IMG/VR virus record: IMGVR_UViG_3300029478_000005
From: a virus
DNA length: 43,754 bases
Reading direction: 5' to 3' (one strand)
Every line of letters starts with the position of its first letter. The stretch's first letter is position 1. A model generated the notes under the pieces. The model searched no databases. It was given only the letters and a program-made list of their open reading frames with translations, and was not told the origin of the DNA. Shown in pieces: positions 40,508 through 43,754 of the stretch. The translations under genes and the position numbers were made by a program.

Positions 40508-40741
40508 TCAACACTCCATGTAATACTCTGCGACACGGCAAAGCCGACCATAGCGGTTGCGGCGGGTGACCATGCGGGAGGCTACCGGGTAGCCTTTCCG
40601 TTTAAGGTCGGTGATGCGGGAGGCAAGGCGGCTGCACCCGAAATCTTCCAGCGCGTCCAGGGCGGTAAGTGTGCCGCCGGATTCCAGCACGGCTAAAATC
40701 CGGTCTATCTGGGAGGGGATGCGTTCTTTCTCGTCATTCAT
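40508..40741 (-). CDS. Winged-helix DNA-binding protein (77 aa)
   Basis: ILAVLESGGTLTALDALEDFGCSRLASRITDLKRKGYPV. Confidence 0.6.
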   Translation of the reverse strand: MNDEKERIPSQIDRILAVLESGGTLTALDALEDFGCSRLASRITDLKRKGYPVASRMVTRRNRYGRLCRVAEYYMEC

Positions 40742-40750
40742 GGCAACACC

Positions 40751-41191
40751 TCAGAACGGCAAATCACCGTCATCCTCAATGAGGGCGTAGTCTGCATCGG
40801 GTTCACCCTGCGTGCGCTGTGAGGGGCCTGCGGGGCGCTGTGCGGCGTTCTGCGGGGCGGGGCTGGTACTTTCCTTACTGCCGCAGAAACTCACGTTTTG
40901 GGCCACGATTTCAACGGCTGTGCGGTTCTGGTCATTCTTGTCCTGATACTGCCGGGTCTGCAAGCGCCCATCAATGGCAATGAGGGAGCCTTTGGGGAAG
41001 TATTTGCAGATGAACTCTGCGGTTTTTCCCCATGCAGTAACGTCAAGCCAGTTTGTCTGGCTCTGGCCGCTGGCATCCTTATAGCCTGAATCGTTGGCGA
41101 TGCGGAAAGAGCAGACGGACTTGCCGCTGTTCGTGGTTTTGAGTTCCGGGTCTTTGACCATGCGGCCAATAATAGCAACAACATTCAACAT
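40751..41191 (-). CDS. ssb: Single-stranded DNA-binding protein (146 aa)
   Basis: OB-fold N-terminus MLNVVAIIGRMVKDPELKTT...WLDVTAWGKTAE and acidic tail DDGDLPF. Confidence 0.93.
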   Translation of the reverse strand: MLNVVAIIGRMVKDPELKTTNSGKSVCSFRIANDSGYKDASGQSQTNWLDVTAWGKTAEFICKYFPKGSLIAIDGRLQTRQYQDKNDQNRTAVEIVAQNVSFCGSKESTSPAPQNAAQRPAGPSQRTQGEPDADYALIEDDGDLPF

Positions 41192-41194
41192 AGG

Positions 41195-41518
41195 TTAGTC
41201 CTCCAAGTAGTTAATATAGAAGAGGCGGCGAAAGTCGTCGTGATTCCAATGGTAATAGGCTTCTGCAAGCAGTTGGCCTTGTTTGTGGTAGTGGTCTTGC
41301 AGGTCGCCGCTTGAATGAATGGCGGCGTGGCAGGCGGGGCAGACGTTAATCCAGAGGCCCAGCGCCTTGCTGGCCTTGCGGCGGCTTCCGCCGTAGATTT
41401 CATGCCGGGCGGTGTCTCCAAAGCGGTGGCAGTGATAGCAGCGGAACGACTCATGCACGAACAGCGACGGTGCATAGCCGTTCTTGTCCAGCTTTACACC
41501 GAATTCATTGCGGGTCAT
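41195..41518 (-). CDS. HNH-type zinc-finger nuclease-like protein (107 aa)
   Basis: CYHCHRFGDTARHEIYGGSRRKAS...CPACHAAIH. Confidence 0.55.
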   Translation of the reverse strand: MTRNEFGVKLDKNGYAPSLFVHESFRCYHCHRFGDTARHEIYGGSRRKASKALGLWINVCPACHAAIHSSGDLQDHYHKQGQLLAEAYYHWNHDDFRRLFYINYLED

Positions 41519-42047
41519 CTTCTGTCAGTCCTTTCAGTTTTGCGATTTCTTCCGGGGTCATGGTGGGGATACCCTGCTGCTGGCATTCCTGCACGATCAG
41601 TTCAATGAGGCGGTGCATCTGGGCACTGTCGAACACGGACGAGCCGTACCAGCATTGCAGGTTGCAGAAGGTTCCCTGCGGGGTGGGCATGTCATCGATC
41701 TTGCGAACCTGCCAGCCATCGCCCTTGCTCTCCCAGCCGTTTTTGAACGCTTTTGCGGCATCGGCGCGGAGGGTGACAAGGGCGGAGCTGCCGCCGATGC
41801 CGCGTATCAAATCGCGGTAGATGTCCAGCACAGGACGGTTGATTTTTGCGGCAAGCTGGTTCATGAGCGCCCAGGCGTAAGCGTTGGCCGAGAGACTTCG
41901 CTTTTGTGAGGCCGTGCCGATGACGGCAGCAAGGGGCTTGCCATCGTCAATGACGGCGCGGGCTTTATCGCAGTCTGTGGGGGAACATTCCAGCGTGATT
42001 GTGTTTCCGATAACAACGGCTGCCTTTATGGAAATTTGTTGCTTCAT
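41505..42047 (-). CDS. NinB/Orf-like recombination mediator (180 aa), putative
   Basis: KRSLSANAYAWALMNQLAAKI resembles the RSL.QN..W motif of lambda NinB. Adjacent to the SSAP and SSB. Confidence 0.5.
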   Translation of the reverse strand: MKQQISIKAAVVIGNTITLECSPTDCDKARAVIDDGKPLAAVIGTASQKRSLSANAYAWALMNQLAAKINRPVLDIYRDLIRGIGGSSALVTLRADAAKAFKNGWESKGDGWQVRKIDDMPTPQGTFCNLQCWYGSSVFDSAQMHRLIELIVQECQQQGIPTMTPEEIAKLKGLTEDDPQ

Positions 42048-42751
42048 TTTCTGTGTTCAAACTCCTTTGCAACGCTGCGCCAATCATCATCGGTGAAGTC
42101 CTTAAACAACTTGCCAATAAAGGTCTTTGCTTCTGTCTGGACTGCCTTTTTGTCCTTACCAGTGCGCTGTGCATATCCTGCCAGCGCAGTTGTTGCCATG
42201 TCCTTTACGACCTGTGCGGTAACTTCTGGCGATACTGTGACCGGCTGCGGCTCTTCTTCATAACGTTCCTTAAATTCGTCGGCTTCGCTGTCTGAGTAGA
42301 TGCCGTCAAATGCCAGCTTACAGATTTTAAGAACAACGCGGTCAAACAAACGCTTATAGGCCATTGCGTAGGGGTAAGCATTTTTACAGTTCTGCGTAGA
42401 CGCTTCGCCGACCTCATATAAGCCTTGTGCCTTATTTGCATAGGTAAAAACAAGAGAATTTCCGTAGCCAGATTTGTCGACAGACACACAATCCGGGTTA
42501 AACTTATCCTTTTCCGGCATGTTATCGTTAATCTTCAAGCAGGCGTTGTGGCTGATAATCAAGCCGGTGTACATCATTTTGCCGGTTTTGGTCTCGTTCA
42601 TTAAAATCCAGAAATCAGACTCTTTTAGGTACGGTCTATCGTTGATGGCCTTTAATGCTTTGTCGCGGCTTGCAATGTATTTTGCGCTTTGGATAACGGG
42701 GACCTCTTGACGGGATTTAAGCGAATACTCCGTTTTTTTTTCGTTAAACAT
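42044..42751 (-). CDS. Single-strand annealing protein (Rad52/ERF-like), putative (235 aa)
   Basis: NAYPYAMAYKRLFDRVVLKICKL...GIYSDSEADEF. Recombination-module context. The ORF-track start at 42802 is an extension. Confidence 0.5.
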   Translation of the reverse strand: MFNEKKTEYSLKSRQEVPVIQSAKYIASRDKALKAINDRPYLKESDFWILMNETKTGKMMYTGLIISHNACLKINDNMPEKDKFNPDCVSVDKSGYGNSLVFTYANKAQGLYEVGEASTQNCKNAYPYAMAYKRLFDRVVLKICKLAFDGIYSDSEADEFKERYEEEPQPVTVSPEVTAQVVKDMATTALAGYAQRTGKDKKAVQTEAKTFIGKLFKDFTDDDWRSVAKEFEHRK

Positions 42752-43083
42752 CAGATTGCTTCTCCTTTCTTGTCCTCTGTCGTTAGGTGGATGCGGTAGC
42801 ATCTGGCGGGCGGCAGGGCCGTGTCCGGCTTGCGGGTTTTGAGGTCGTAGAAGTAGACAGGAATGCCGTCTGCCAGAAAATAGGTGCTGTTCAGGCCGTA
42901 TTCATGTTTTGCGAAAAGAGGTACAAATGCGCCGATGCTCTCGGAATAGATGCGGCGGGCAGCTTGCACGGCGTTGAAATAGCAAGCGCTGATGCCATTC
43001 CCAGTTGGGATGAACTCGGTAAGATGCCGGCCCTTCAAAAGTGCGTGCGCCTGTTTCAGGGCGCTGATGTCGTCAATGGTCAT
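42751..43083 (-). CDS. Hypothetical protein (110 aa)
   Basis: GGAGGA RBS before ATG 43083. Confidence 0.5.
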   Translation of the reverse strand: MTIDDISALKQAHALLKGRHLTEFIPTGNGISACYFNAVQAARRIYSESIGAFVPLFAKHEYGLNSTYFLADGIPVYFYDLKTRKPDTALPPARCYRIHLTTEDKKGEAI

Positions 43084-43084
43084 T

Positions 43085-43312
43085 TTAGTAGTCCTCCATA
43101 CAGCGGCAATCTTCCCATGGGTCGTCCTCTTGGACATCCTCCCCGGGAAAGTCGTCGGGGTTATAACACATATCACAGCCGATGATTTCGGTACCGAATT
43201 TCACGGGGATAAAGTAGATAGTTTCGCATTTCTCTCCGCAGACAGGGCAGCGGGGGCGGCGGAGTTCATCAGGCGGGAAGGGATTATCTTGATGGCCCCA
43301 GAAGCTGGTCAT
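43085..43312 (-). CDS. Zinc-ribbon protein with acidic C-terminus (75 aa)
   Basis: CPVCGEKC...GCDMC. Confidence 0.55.
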   Translation of the reverse strand: MTSFWGHQDNPFPPDELRRPRCPVCGEKCETIYFIPVKFGTEIIGCDMCYNPDDFPGEDVQEDDPWEDCRCMEDY

Positions 43313-43754
43313 TCGACGGCCTCCACAAGGTTGCCGTTTTTCAGCTTATACCAGATGTCAGGCTTGATGTTTTCACCGTCAACTTTAAAGCACTGCACAT
43401 CTTTACGATGCCAGTTAAATTCCTTGTCTATTTCCCATTCTGCAATCACAATCCAGCATCCTAAAGCGCCTTTAGCTTTACTATCAATGCCGAGCGCAGC
43501 AGCAACGCTTTCCTTGCCTGTAGCAGATGCCGCGCCCTGCTCGCCTGTAGCAGATGCCGCGCCCTGCTCGCCTGTAGCAGATGCCGCGCCCTGCGTGCCT
43601 GTAGCAGATGCCGCGCCCCGCGTGCCTGTAGCAGATGCCGCGCCCTGCGTGCCTGTAGCAGATGCCGCGCCCTGCTCGCCTGTAGCATGTTCGGAGTTTT
43701 CCGAGATGGCTTTCTCCATCGTGTACTCAACGGCAGCTTTTACAAGCCCAGCAA
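43309..43754 (-). CDS. 3' part of the wrap-around 236-aa repeat protein
   Basis: In frame with 354->1. The Met at 43719 is internal. Six and a half GAASATG(E/T)(Q/R) nonapeptides, then the conserved C-terminus WIVIAEWE...VDGENIKPDIWYKLKNG. Confidence 0.8.
   Translation of the reverse strand, partial: AGLVKAAVEYTMEKAISENSEHATGEQGAASATGTQGAASATGTRGAASATGTQGAASATGEQGAASATGEQGAASATGKESVAAALGIDSKAKGALGCWIVIAEWEIDKEFNWHRKDVQCFKVDGENIKPDIWYKLKNGNLVEAVE
43516..43687. repeat. 27-bp tandem repeat, 6.4 copies (coding)
   Basis: Unit GCCTGTAGCAGATGCCGCGCCCTGCTC starts at 43516, 43543, 43570, 43597, 43624 and 43651, with a partial copy at 43678. Variation is confined to the last 6 nt of the unit. Confidence 0.95.
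43666..43754. repeat. Terminal overlap, identical to 1-89
   Basis: Same 89 nt as the window start. Confidence 0.95.

Larger units (their letters stand above)
1..43754. mobile_element. Complete temperate phage genome, circularly closed assembly (unique length 43,665 bp)
   Basis: 89-bp identical ends. Integrase+attP, CI/Cro-like switch, replication, packaging, capsid, tail and lysis modules are all present. Dense coding with many ATGA-type coupled overlaps. Confidence 0.9.

Noticed and set aside
43516-43687. 27-bp repeat array as a CRISPR array
   Set aside because: The units are directly tandem with no spacers, lie inside an ORF, and keep the reading frame (9 aa per unit).

Overview
The window is a complete temperate phage genome assembled as a circle. 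Bases 1-89 are identical to 43666-43754, so the unique length is 43,665 bp and one gene is split by the artificial break.

Layout:
(i) Lysogeny module on +: CI-like repressor 1538-1912, membrane Zn-finger moron 2267-3016, tyrosine integrase 3115-4230, and attP with arm repeats plus a 28-bp tRNA 3'-end core at 4419-4446.
(ii) Minus-strand accessory operon 6773->4427, driven by a perfect consensus promoter. It encodes a J-domain protein, a lipoprotein and three unknowns.
(iii) + strand late region 6981-32812: RHH protein, late promoter/leader hairpin/terminator, TerS, a 1.07-kb non-coding gap holding a tRNA-like element that lacks the anticodon arm, TerL, scaffold, capsid, portal, adaptor and tail/fibre proteins. 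No tube, sheath or tape measure is present, so it looks podovirus-like. Then come an M23+GH25 endolysin, holins, a 2119-aa giant protein and a terminal accessory cluster.
(iv) Minus-strand early/replication operon. It starts at the Cro-like gene (1321), crosses position 1 and continues 43754->32866. It encodes an SSAP, NinB-like protein, HNH, SSB, wHTH, replisome organiser, DnaB, RusA, MazG-like protein, many small Cys-rich proteins and a sigma-like regulator.

GC is high by eye (roughly 55-60%) except for AT-rich islands. The host is probably a high-GC gut Clostridia lineage, but that is inference only.

All functional calls rest on motif recognition from the translations. No database search was possible.

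Most unusual items: the anticodon-arm-less tRNA-like element in a long non-coding terS-terL gap; a promoter-hairpin-terminator late switch with many internal terminators; an early membrane protein carrying a portal-derived segment; face-to-face switch promoters; a giant polyvalent-like protein followed by an insulated accessory cluster; three Cys-rich paralogues in an AT-rich island; and a structured intergenic repeat family with compensatory changes.
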